This document shows positions 51,201 to 64,000 of a stretch of 64,000 bases of DNA, piece after piece. The notes beneath the pieces were generated by a model. It saw nothing but the letters and a program-made list of their open reading frames with translations. It had not been told where the DNA came from and ran no database searches. Positions within the stretch are counted from its first letter, which is position 1, and every line of letters begins with the position of its first letter. Made by a program: the position numbers and the translations under genes. Source of the DNA: Ophelia neglecta (taxonomy: Eukaryota); contig OZ260664.1 of the NCBI GenBank assembly GCA_965285935.1, positions 69,688,001 to 69,752,000 on the forward strand, given 5' to 3'.

Positions 51201-54200
51201 ACAGTGAAGATTTCCAATCCATGAAGCTATTCTTTCTTAGCTAGGAGGACGAGAAAATGAGGTGCTTTGCATCCAACCATGCACAATTTATGCTGCAAAC
51301 CAACCATCAATCATGACATGCTGACCACTATCCCCTTTGTTTTGTGGTCTGGCTCACATCGGAGAAAAATGCTGGTTGATTCACAAAGTAAGGTACATAT
51401 TTTTGTGATCGGCTGCATATTATGGAACAGGCTAAATTAATATTTTTGGGGTTTGAGTGCAAAATCCTTATGAAATTGAAGCAATTTAATCCTGCTAAAT
51501 CCTGCTTAATAATTTTAGACTGTCTACTAGGTATCAACGGACTTGTGTAACTTGCACTAACGGTTTATCGATATTGTGATATCAATCATTATTACTCAAT
51601 CAACATACATTATATGGATAGTATATTAGTTCAAGTATGTGTTTTTCCTTGAAATATTCCCTGAGAATAATATCAATTACAATGATCGAAAAGTCAAACA
51701 ACTTTACTCCAACATAACGCGTTTTCATTCCTCTTGGTCATAATCGCTTACCAATTGGGTTTTATAACGACATATTGTATCAATGACTCACTGAATGGTT
51801 TTCTTGCACTGATTCTTTAGTTGCTCAATATATTAAACCGCTAAACAGAGGTAATAGGACTGTCTAGTTAGTGGAACAGTTAGGAGAGGAGAACCATGCT
51901 TAGTAAGAAAACATAATTATCATTTGTTGCTTATAAAAACAGGTTCTCAAATATGAATAAAAATATCGTTCATTCCAATGAACGCCTTTCCTTACATCTA
52001 GTTCATTTTATTGAGTATCCATCAACATTTACTATTATAATCTAGCTCCTTTTATGGCAATTAATTATTCCCGTAATACGTTAGAGCGTCTGGCATTTCT
52101 ATCCCCGTTCGTTTTCTGTTGGCCTGATTTTGTCGCTCCTGGATTTGTCATGTCCAACAGCCAACATCTTCCGCTTTAGCAGATTTTCTGTACTATTGTA
52201 TCACTTTCAAACCAGCATCTCACCCTAAAAGTAATAAAATGATATATCAAAGCTGTTGCTATTGGAAACTGTTATGAAGACTAGACGAGTTTTAAATGTA
52301 ACTAGATCAAACATGTGTATACTTGAACGTCACATCAGAAAGTGCATTGCTTACCATTTTAATGCTGGGCTGTGTCTACCTCGTCGTTAATCCTTTTTAG
52401 AGAGACGTACTCCCTTTTAGCAATTTTTGTATAAGACAAGCCATAAAGATTTAAGTACTTCACATGTCTTATACGGTCGGAAAAAATGTCAACGGAAAAG
52501 GAAGACACCTCGTTCGCCATCGCATCGATGGCGGCTGCTCGAGACCTATAGAAAAAAGGTTGGGGAATGGATGAGTCGGCCTGCCTTTCTTAGAAACCAT
52601 GGCCATAAATACATCTAGAATAAAAGTGTAGATTAAAAAAATGCTTGACAATAAGATCTGAACAGTTGTTGTCCTTGAAAATAGGTTATATGCATATACA
52701 GTGTGTAATAATAAACTGAAGCCATAAATATAAATAGAAAATGACACACACGCCTATAAACTAGCCGTCTTTTCTGCGGTCATTTTTCTTCTCGTTATTT
52801 CATGTATGTACCTGACGGGTATTAACCTCTTAAGACAATGGTTATATTACAGCATAACCGCATTTTCGAGAAACCATGATGTTTTTATTATCTGTGCTTA
52901 TCGTTCAGCACATAAAAAAAATAGTTACGTCTATATATTCGACGCTCCATATATTTATTGGTATTTCTATTGAGATTCAAATGCCAGGTGTGTTTCCATT
53001 TTTATTATGGATATATCTTCATTAATCATCAGCAAAGGGCGTAAATCAAACGGAGAAACGCAGATAAATCATGATCTTACTAAGGTGCTCCCGACCTGGT
53101 GCCGAGCGCCTTTGACTAGGAGAGTTTCAGAAATATATTTGCCGTTTGCATCAAGAAAGTGTGCATTCACAGCAATATTCTTCTTCTTTTGTGACAGGTA
53201 AGAAATGATCTGGTTAAGCAGTGTCGCGCCATGCTAAATGACTTAGATCTCCCAACCAGAGCACTAGTGGCCAGAAGAAATAGCGCTCGAGAACACGTAT
53301 TTCATTTGAGGGCCCAAGCTTTCGTCGATGGGAAAAACATATCAAATTACAATATGTAGTCTATAGAACTGTTCTCATTCTTATTCCATTGGATACACGC
53401 ATATCATAAGGTTATATCATTCAGCGTTAAGTAAATGTCTTTCGTTCATCAGAGTGTCGTATCAAGAGGTCTTTCCGTCTAAAGCAATCCAGTTACCATA
53501 GATTAATGATAGCAGTAACGACCTTCCATTACTGATACCCTTATCGGTCATAACTAATCCATGACAGGTTCTCTTTACAGGATTAACTTTTAAGTATACT
53601 ATCGAGAAATTTATATAACATTTTCCTCTTTAAAATGCGAGGTCATTCTACCTTCTTTCGCCTTGTGTTTATCGCAAAAATCCACATAGATATTCTTAAA
53701 ATTGTGAGAATTTAGCCCATCATGATTTATACTAGAGAGAGGAAACTTCGGCGTTGTACCATTGTTGATCCCTGACTCGTATTTTTTTACTTCTATCATT
53801 ACGAACTTTTGCCTAATGTTCATGTATAAAATTAATACAGGAATTATACCGTAAGAATTATACCATTCTACGAAAAACATCCTCCTTTTGGGAAAATTGA
53901 TCATTGGCCCTCTTATGCTATAAGATTAAGAATCAATTTACGCCGTTCACGCTAGTTTGGTTCCAGAGCATATATCCAAATCCTGTCTGATCCCATGGGT
54001 TCCTAGTTGTCTCCTTTTGGATCAAGGTCTTTGATACTCTCTTAGTGCAGCACGGAATAGCAGTGTGGATCATTTAATTTATACAGCATTACTCAAAAAT
54101 CGACTAGGTGGATTCGTAAACATTTTGCACGTGAGTGTTATCATAGAGTCTCTGCAATATCATGATAGGAAGGCTGTAAATCATATATTACCACCCCTTT

Positions 54201-57200
54201 CTTCGTTCGTCTACGTCTTCATATTTATCAATATAATGGCATAAATCTATGCAATCTATCAAACAGCAGTGGCTTCTATGAAGCAACGCCCCCGGGATGC
54301 GCATTGTTGGCAGGAGTGGTCGAACAGGAAGTTAGAAAAATCAAGTTTTATGCTCGCATAGCCTACACTAAGTTGGCGGTATTTTGGATACTGAGAATTG
54401 ACATTTAAAATGGGGTCACGGACAAAATGAATATCACAAATAGACTCCTGGTGTGATTTCCCAATTGCATGTATTAGACATAGCTTATACTGTTTTTATT
54501 CTTTGTCATATTAACTTTTCTTAATAAAACATTGTCAAAATAAAATACCATCAGATTCCTTGAGTATGAGAAACCGATAATTGCAATAAATACGTCGATT
54601 TCAAGATTTGACCTCCAAGGGTCACCTTAAAGTTCGCCAATATGTTCCTTGAATAAGTCGTCCCTGTGTTTTCACTACAGTTGACTTGCCCAGCAGGCAT
54701 ATTAGATATATTCCGAAATGGTTCGGAAATAAGAGTAATTTGTCTTTTCCTCCAATAAGATCAATAAGTTTAGCTTTTTAAATATTTAACAAACGTTTTG
54801 CAAAATAACTGTCTCAATCTGGGGCAAGGAGAGACCCCTCCAAACTATCCGCCGGCACAACCACCACATCTACCTCCCCTAATGAACGATCCCTGTATTA
54901 TAAAGGCAATTACACACATAACCATAACCCCAATCTGCTTCCAAATGGTCTATTATAGCACGCGATTATATTGCTATTTTTACATATTTATGCATTATTA
55001 TATCATGTGTTCCCACTTCTTCTATCCAGACTGCAGAAAAACTGCAGACGACATTGGTACACTCCTGCTGGGCCTGGACCGGATGTGATCAGATCAGACC
55101 AAGTAAGAGCCCATCTACGTGATCTGGAAATGATTGCTGCCACTAAAAAGTGTCATTTGCCTGGCGATAGCATCGTATTGCTATAACTAGAAGTTCTAGC
55201 TACATTCGAGATCCTCAGAAGAAGCATATTACGATGTAATCCCTGATTTCTCGTCTTCTAATGTACAGTCTGTGATGGTTAGATGGGATTATATTGGCTA
55301 TGGTATGACCCAACGTCACAAATAGCTTTTACAGATGTGGTCCCTTCCAGCCTTTCCCAATTGCTTTGAGAAGCCCCTTGTTCACTTTTCATTTTCGTTG
55401 CCATCAAATATCACTGTTCAGACGCATGTTTTTTTGTTTTTTTTTTGTAAGACGACATGCAGTAGATATCAAGCTTATTGTTCACATATTGTTCTTATAG
55501 CATGCTTTGATTTGTGAATATTTTGTTGTAAGAAAAAATAACTTTCCTTCAACTTTAATTTTCAAAACAGCAGATATCGGGACATATTACTCAGTGTGAA
55601 TCAGGATCTTTTGCACATGCTGGTTCTAGGGTTATTAGCCCAGTGTAGTCAGATCATTGGCGTATATACAGGCCATGATTAGTGTTGTCATTATTATTTC
55701 TAACTGTATTTATCGGTAAACAACATTCCATCCAAAAAAATAATCAAATATGACAATTTATTCTGTCTTCGTATCGTTCATATGTTCTACTGCCACTTCG
55801 AAACAGTAACGCTTGAATAAAGACAATCGACCCAGCCATATTAACTTACTTAAATACAATTCCTAAAGGCTTTACATGTAGACCACATATTCTCATACAG
55901 GATCTTTTTTTACCTCTGTCTGATACAGATAAATTTTTTCACAAATGAGTGTTTCATTGGATACTGAATATAATGAATGGGCGCGTGCCTTGAAAACATA
56001 ATGGAAAAAGAAACCAAAAGACATAAATAAACATTATAATGTATCACGATTATCATGGTAATGATATATGACTATCCTGATGTTCCTCTTGAAACTTCCG
56101 AAGCACAATTTGTAATCGGAAGCTGACTTTTGCGAATTTGACAAACAGAAGTGGATGCGCATCAGCAAAACAAAACCGTTATCAGAAATTGTTTATTTAA
56201 TGAATTTTCAATTAGGTTTTTATTTTTGTAAAAGCCAGCTGATACCTCACCACGCTTTGCATTGGGGTATATATTCTGCAAACACATTACCATATTCGCC
56301 TTAAAGCTTTATGAAAAACAAGGCAGACCGGACGAAAGATATACAAACTGTAATTCGAGTTGTTAATCAATAATCGCGGGCTAAAGTTAGACGTTTCATC
56401 TTTCCAATGGCTACACAAAAACTCCCCTTCCAACACGATTTATTTTGCATATTATTGTTGTTGAACTTTTCACTGTATGGATAAAAAATGACACAGTCGC
56501 ATGAACAAATATATTGTGGATAAATGTGGAAATATTAAAGACGTCTATTTTATACTTTTTGTTAATTGGTGGTTCACATACTTAATAGTAGATATATGAA
56601 GGCATTCAATAGTTTTTTTGTAGATTGAACATAGTTTCTTAGCAAGGTCCCAGGAGGCGAACGAAATGTAGTAGCGTTTATAATACGTTGACAGTATAAT
56701 ATTCGAAACATTAAGGCAAGCTTTGCCCAGATCTTATTTATTTTATTTTATTTTTGGAGTACCATACTATGCGAAAACTGCAAGGCATCGCCCGCCACCT
56801 TTGGTTTTGACAAGGAACAAATTACCACATGATAGGTTAAAACTGTTTCCTAAGCAGCGTCAGTAAATATTATTATGCGTAATTTATCAATACAATATCA
56901 AAATAACAATTGTACTATACTTGTACATACGTATCTTCATTCCCAGTAAAATAAGGTTGTGTACGTCGTTGATGCAAATTCGTCTGGAAACTTTATCATA
57001 ATTGATGTTCATTCACATGTGTCTAGCATACCAATGTGGAGCCGTGTTTGGTCCTGATAGAGGTAAGATTAGATGGATTCTTCTTTTATTTTTTATTGAA
57101 CACACTGGATCCAAAAAAAAAGATGCACGCGATTCCTAGGGCTTCAAATAACATTAAGGACAAGTTGTTTCCACATACCTATTTGAATTTTTTTTCAATC

Positions 57201-60200
57201 TTTTAATTCATAGTTTTAGCAAGGTTGCTGAGTTATTTCCATCAAACAGATATAACGGTTATGCGCGCAGTTTGGACACGAGAATAGATAACAAAAGTCA
57301 TATAATAATCAGTCGAATGACCAGAGCGGACATAACACACAATTCATCATTCTTGACCGAATGGCAATTGAACATGTGAAATGCGATACTTTTGTTGCCG
57401 TTTATTGTGCTGAATGGTCACCATGGCCTTCATAGGTGATGATTTAAATGGCATAGAGGCCACTGCAGAGATTCACAGGATCTGTTTGTTATTTTCATGA
57501 TAATGCATAGAAAAAAAATTGCTCTCTAGTAAAAGGGTGCAATGACCTCACACTGCAATATCGACTCAATTTGTATCGCGATTCACTAAACTATTGAAAT
57601 GTCGATTGATCGATAGATTGATTGATTTAATGAAAGATTGGTCCTAAATAATACACTTAGCATTTTATATTTAAGTTTGCTTAATTGTTCCTTTAACTTT
57701 CTTGTCAACATTGCTATCAATTATAGACTTAATGAGATACCATTTCGATCACTTTCTATAAAATATTCTAACCTGGTCTTAGCAGACTGAAGAACTATTT
57801 TCTTTGTACATTTATTTCAGTAACATCTTACCGTTTTGTACAATATAAATATTATATATCATTCCTAATAATTATAGGCGTAAAAATGGATGAGCAAAGT
57901 CTGCTCGTCTTCAGTAATGAATTATTCAAAGATTATTTGTTTAAATATTTCATAACTGCGCATTCATTTCCTAAGGGTCTATAGCAACAAGTCATGAATT
58001 TCTATTCAAAAAAGATCACACAATCCACTGCAATGCACAGCACCATCAATGTTACCAATTACGCAAAGAAATTAAACTGGCGGCTGCTGTATACTGATTA
58101 CTCTTCACAGCGCCATAATACTGTCATTTCTTGCTTTCATCCCGAAGGAAACAATGCATAATTATTATGTCTTAATGGTAACAAGCAGCGAAACTATAAA
58201 AAGAATCCTTTTTATTTAGCGTGTTTTATCAGAGCGCAGGTATAGTACGAATAATCTCTTTTAACGTGCGTGATTTGGAAATATTACAAAATGTCCCAAG
58301 TAATGATGATTCTTATTGTTTTGTTACCTGGCACCAGATGGTCGAGGCAAAGTAATTACGAGGTGGCATAATGGCTTTGTTATTGCTGCTCGTTCCACCG
58401 ACCAGCCCATTAAAAATCGATGAAATACCACAAATACACGGAGATGATAAAACGCGGGACCTAGGAGCCACTGTGTCAATCTTGATTCAACCTAGCAAGA
58501 GAATTTTTTTGGTGAATTATGCGAATATAGGGACAATTATTGGCATATAGCAACTAAAAAATGTTAACCATACTGATATTTAACGGGTACCCGTATTAAG
58601 CCATGTGATCCTGCGCTTTTGCGTTTAAGCTGTTGCACGGTGTTCGCAGGGAGCAGAGTCTGATGTGGGTTAGGGTCGGGTTATCATTTGGTTCATCCAA
58701 AGTGCAGAGTGGCGCCGCCAGCGTAGGACCCAATACTCGGCGCCTGATTGCCATCACTGGTTGCTACCTTGTGCACTATTACAAAATCAATCAGACTTTA
58801 TCTTATGTTAACGACTTAAGTCGGCGTGCACGTAGATTGCCCATGTAAAGATGCTGATAGTCCCAAAGCTGGAAAGGAACTGTGTAACTCTTACTAGAGA
58901 AAGAAACATCCAGGATTAATTATCCTTGATAGTTTTATAATTTATTGCCCCACGATACTCAATTCCCTAAACTTAAGAGTATCTAATTCTCTGTCTATCT
59001 TACCAATAGTCGAGGTTTTCTTTATAGGCTTATATCTATAAGAGGCCCCTTGCATCATTGATATACATTGGAACTTTAGGTGTTGTTGTTTACCCTCCGG
59101 CATCACCAAGTTCATTGAGTTACCGAAATGGGTTCATTGGGGAGCCATTTCCTCCTTCGGAGATATTGTGTGGTTGTGAAAAAATTGATATATAGAACAC
59201 TGAGGCATCATGTTCGAAATGAAGAAAACAATTTAGTCTATGATAGAACAAAATTGGTGTCACGCTACTGTCTCATATTGTCTAATTACATGATTTCCGC
59301 TCAATTTTTTTCAATTACCACATTTTTTCATGGTGTTCCAGTGGAACAATGTGTTTTTTGCCTAGTTTCCGAGTAAAACAGCAGGTTGCCCGTTCCAATC
59401 ATATTCAGTTCAAACGTAAATTTTTACCTTCCTTGCAACAAAGTTGCACGTTTTTGGCGATTTGACGTTTATAGCTGCCATGATAACCATCAGTGATTTT
59501 AATACGACTTAGTTTAATTCAATATATAATAACATTATTAGTCGCTTCAATCGGCATACTCACCATTAAAATAAATCATCGTGAATAAATGTAGTCCATT
59601 TACTATGGTAAATTGAGTACTATTCTACTAAAAATAAATGTGCTTCCTCATGTGGCTGAAAACCCTAATAACTTATAGATTTAACTATAGCAATGTTATA
59701 GTTTTGTACTATAGTGTTGCTGCATTATACTATATTGAAACTCCTGTGGCTAATCGGTCACTTTAATGTAGTTAACACCCATGAAACATCTAGTCTAATG
59801 TACTCTTGTCATTTAACGGTGGTCTTTAATGTGGTTGAGTGGATATGGGGACATTGTGACGTTAGTTCTATTCTTAGCCATAAAAACCGCGATGATCAAG
59901 GATATGTGAAATTCGGTTACGCTAAATATCATTGCCCAAGTTTAATGGCGTACTTTTTTTCAAACATATTGAAACCCTGTATGTTCGTAGTAAGAGATGA
60001 GTATGCCCCTTATAAAGATGCGTGTACGAAACTCAAGTTTACGATTTGCAACCATTTCTACCGTAACAGGAATAAAAAATACCATTTTTGATGGTTTATT
60101 TGTTCATCATGCCTATGAAGATTCCTTCTAACATACCATTTTTACACCAAAGATGCAGTCGCATTCTAACAAGCTATTAATGCTTTTCTTTATAGCGTCA

Positions 60201-60281
60201 ATATTTGTTTGAAATACAAGTGAGCACGTGATAAGAAGACCTACTCGCGTGCATGTGACACGACGTAATCTTGAACTGGCA

Positions 60282-60395
60282 TGACCTGCAGTTTGCTGCT
60301 GACCTGCAATCTGCAGTTGCAGGTCACCAGCATCATGTAATTTGCAGGTCACCAGTAATCTGAATTTTACAGGTGAACTGTAACTACACCTGCAG
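60282..60395. repeat. Short mixed tandem/inverted repeat built on TGCAGGTCA (25-bp period)
   Basis: TGACCTGCA at 60282 and 60300; AGGTCA/AGGTGA at 60321, 60346 and 60371. 15-bp stem gctgctgacctgcaa / ttgcaggtcaccagc with one mismatch. Confidence 0.65.
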
Positions 60396-63300
60396 TATTT
60401 AGACGCCCTCCGCGTGGCTGTCGCTTGCAATTAGGCAGAACAAGCTAAACAACTAGGTTACTCTCCAGGTTTCGGTTAATAAAATTGGTCGGCCAGAGAG
60501 CGAAATTGTTAAAGGGATTTTCGTTCCAAAATGACAGTCATTTGATCATATATTTGAGACAATGTAAATGGAATTCCCGTGTGGACTGATTTAATATGCT
60601 ATGTTTGTGCACTACCATTTTAAATGCAATTACTGTAGCAAAAATAGACTGAGCCTGGGAATTCAGGGCTGGGAGATCAGTGTTCTACCTGTTATACCGT
60701 TTGATTCACTTTGTCATCATACTGGGAACTGAAACAGATATTCAATAGAGACAAAGGAAGTCAATGCTCTGCAAATGAGCACACAGTATTAGTAGAATGG
60801 TTTAGGACTCGGGTGGGTTAAAGTATTCTACTCAGTAATGCTTAGATATCTTTATCGGTATATTTCATCTGGGCCCTGTGTTGACAACTGAATCGTTTGT
60901 TTTGTGATCCGACGCGCATCTTGGAAAACTGGTGACTACTTCTCATTGCAAGGTATATCAAATCTATGTTTTCATTAATAAGTATTTTCATTACAAGATT
61001 ATTTGCTCTTTTGGAGCTGGAGATTGATGTATTGATTTGTGTGGGGCTGTGGCTGCTGGTTTGAGATTATTTTGGAACGATTTGATGACGTTTCTTGACT
61101 AATGATATGGCTCTGTCTGCGGGTTATCTATTCTCTTTTATCTTCATGCTTATTTATAACCTACTCAATTATGTCAAGCACAATTTGCTCATATACGCAC
61201 TGCTCTCTTTCCCACAATAGGCCTATATATCTAACTCATGCTGAACCAATGGGAGGGGGCGGGGCTGTGTTGAACATAAACGCAGTACATATGATGTCAT
61301 ACCTGTGCGTGCAAGAAATATAATTTTAGTTTAGAAATATCATGTGAAAAACGAATGCATTGATGGCATTGTATACAAGGAACGTATTACACATTCATCG
61401 GAACACACAACGCCGTGATGAAATCAAACTTGGGTGTCTTTTTTTATGAAATACATTTTGTTTCACTAATCTCAATGACAATACATATGCCTTGGTAAAT
61501 TCAAATCTATGTTTAGTTTATTGTCGTTGATATAAATGAATATATAAATAGCCGTCATGATTCGATGTTAAAACGAAAAGTCGCAAGCCTCATAATTCTG
61601 GTGTGGTTTGGAATCGGCAAAAAAAAGTCAGGCATTATTTTGAGCCAGGCAAACGGGACAGTCATCCCCTGCTGGCCTGTCATCTGATTTAGTAAATATT
61701 GGCATGCATATGAATTCTTCTGGGAGCTAACTAATATGTCTTTCACACGCCATGAAATCGTTTCGATTTTAAACCAGACACATTAAAACAACGCTTCCTT
61801 AACATCAGAAAAAATAGTTATTGCCATTATCAGCAGCGTAACTGATAGGAAATTATATTTATTAATTCATCTTCCGGTGAATTGAAAGCATTGTTGTATC
61901 CTTTTTGCTATATTTTATAGTGATAGGTATGATATGGCATATGCGGAAATAATGTTTGTAGGATTGCCTAAAGTCCCTAGGATTGTAAATGTATGCTTTT
62001 ATGACAGAAACCCAGACTAAAAGGTTTTGTAACTCATCAAATCGTAAATGTTTGCCCAGTGGCCCTTTGCTTGTTTAAATTATGCAAGAAGAGTAATGTT
62101 ATTTATCAATGATTGGGCCTTAATTTAAAGTTCGGTAGCTGGGGGTAATTTATATAGCAATAGTGGAACCAAGATTCTTTGTGCAGTATACTCCAAATAA
62201 CGAAAGACGATCTAGAATGAACATGTTGAAGAACATACAAGATTGAAGGTGAAGACTTGCCAGCATGCTTGATAGATTGACCACATAAGAGGACTATTTG
62301 GCTCGAAATATATTGGAAAAGTAATCCAGACGAGTCGTGGGTTGACGAATTGTAAAATTAATGTAGAAAATTGGCTTGAATGGCGTGATGGCGTGAGCCA
62401 CTTCAAGGCCAATTTGTACTTATTTCGAACAGACCAATTCGGCGGTTAGTCATTAAAGCCCACGGCTATGTGTTCTGGCGTTCTTCCTGCGATGGGCATG
62501 GAAATGAGTGCCTGGCATGTTAAAACCAGAGTGGTACCCCCTATATCCGAACAACTCTCAAATGCCTTCATATATAAAGAAATCTTAACTCATATATAAA
62601 GAATTTTTTACACAGGCTTAGGGGAAAACACGAGGGAACAACCCAAGAACCAGACATCAAATGTATATCACTTACATCCCATCGGTCTAAATTCATCAGA
62701 TACCAAGTAGGGGAAAATATAAACGTTAACTATACTATATGCGTATAATGTTGGGTTAGTAAGATTTTAACATATTATTACCCTTAAAACAACCAGAAAT
62801 GTTAAAAACTTATGCGTAGTGGTGTTTAGGAAGGCTCCTTCATCATTTTAACTGGAAACGCCATGTTATACGCCTATGGTTCTTTGTCAGAACTTATGTA
62901 AATGTGATCTTAAAATGCGGGTTCGGTATGGTTAGCCTCCTGAGTAAGGGATTCATCAATCATCCACCGTTCTTAACGATCTTTGCATCTTAAAGAAAAA
63001 AAAAGCAATATCTGCTAATATGCAGAAACTGATCTCTTGTTCACGTGCTATTGGGATACATATAGGCCATGAGCGTCTTCTTTATACACAAATAACATCA
63101 TATGCTGCGGATGCATGTGTTCAGTCCCAATAAGAGTGGCTAGTTCACTCGAGAAAGTAAACATTTAAGAGCATTTTTCCTCTTGAGTATGCAAATAACC
63201 CATCACATCCTGGTATTGTCTTGTGTTTATTGAGACAATTTAATCGGATCATGTCAGCCACACTAAAAGTCTATTCTGTAATGAAGTATTGCATTACAAC

Positions 63301-64000
63301 CACTGCATGCACTAGCACTAGTACGTGAAATGGTAAAATGTGTTTTTGTTAGAAATTGATACAGGAATATTCAGACAGCCGGTCCGGATACCACCTTCGC
63401 ATCTAGCACCTTTTTAGTTCAAGAGGGTTCTACGAAGGATTTAGAAACTTCAACGTGTTCCATTATTACATATCTTATTTCTCTTCTACCGCCACCTCAG
63501 TCTTTTTGAAAGTATTATTCTATTAGGTTCGCTACGTAGAACCCCAAAGCTTTGATATGTGTTCGTTTCCATGCACTTTTGACATGATTCTTAGCAACCT
63601 GATTATCATCTTACAAATATAATCAATAATCTTTGGCAAAACAAAAACTGTCTGGGTGTAAGGTGTATATTTGACCTAGTAACTAACACAGGAGCGGCAA
63701 GGAGAATTAAGAACATTAATTATAACTTATGACAATAACATATTTCTAATCTATATGAATATATATACATGCGTCATAAGATCGGACGGATTATACATGA
63801 TTAGTTGGTCAAATAATTGATTCTTACAGAATAATCTTATCATGGTCATATTTGCAACATCATCCACTAGTTGCATTAGTCGGTAGACGTGGTAGCGATT
63901 AGTTATGGGACTGTGCAAAGCACTGTGGGTTTCTAGTTAGGGCTGGTGGGAGTTAAGATCTCATCATTTATATCCCAACACATGTCATATCTAAAGATAA

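Noticed and set aside
13804-62412. The many 60-125 aa ORFs in the downstream region
   Set aside because: Many begin at non-ATG codons, their composition looks like random AT-rich translation, and none shows a recognisable domain or a consistent exon chain.

Overview
AT-rich metazoan genomic DNA, probably a protostome/spiralian invertebrate (inferred from the protocadherin type and a Meta-like SINE). It is not prokaryotic. The only well-supported protein-coding locus is a + strand protocadherin. One giant exon (ATG 7011 to donor 9956) encodes a long signal sequence, seven cadherin repeats, the TM helix and the proximal tail. Three small cytoplasmic exons (10186-10302, 10969-11101, 12006-12451) splice to it in matching phases, giving a predicted 1213-aa delta-like protocadherin with a poly(A) signal near 12953. 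The remaining ~51 kb is a gene desert. Repeats across the window include a MITE-like element and a 47-bp minisatellite upstream of the gene, and a SINE fragment, decayed L2-type LINE remnants, microsatellites and a near-perfect 92-nt hairpin. I found no convincing new multi-gene system. The best leads are the mixed delta1/delta2 features and isoform options of the protocadherin, a cluster of conserved-miRNA seed sites in its 3' UTR, and the strand-biased hairpin at 32918-33009. All motif calls were made by eye.
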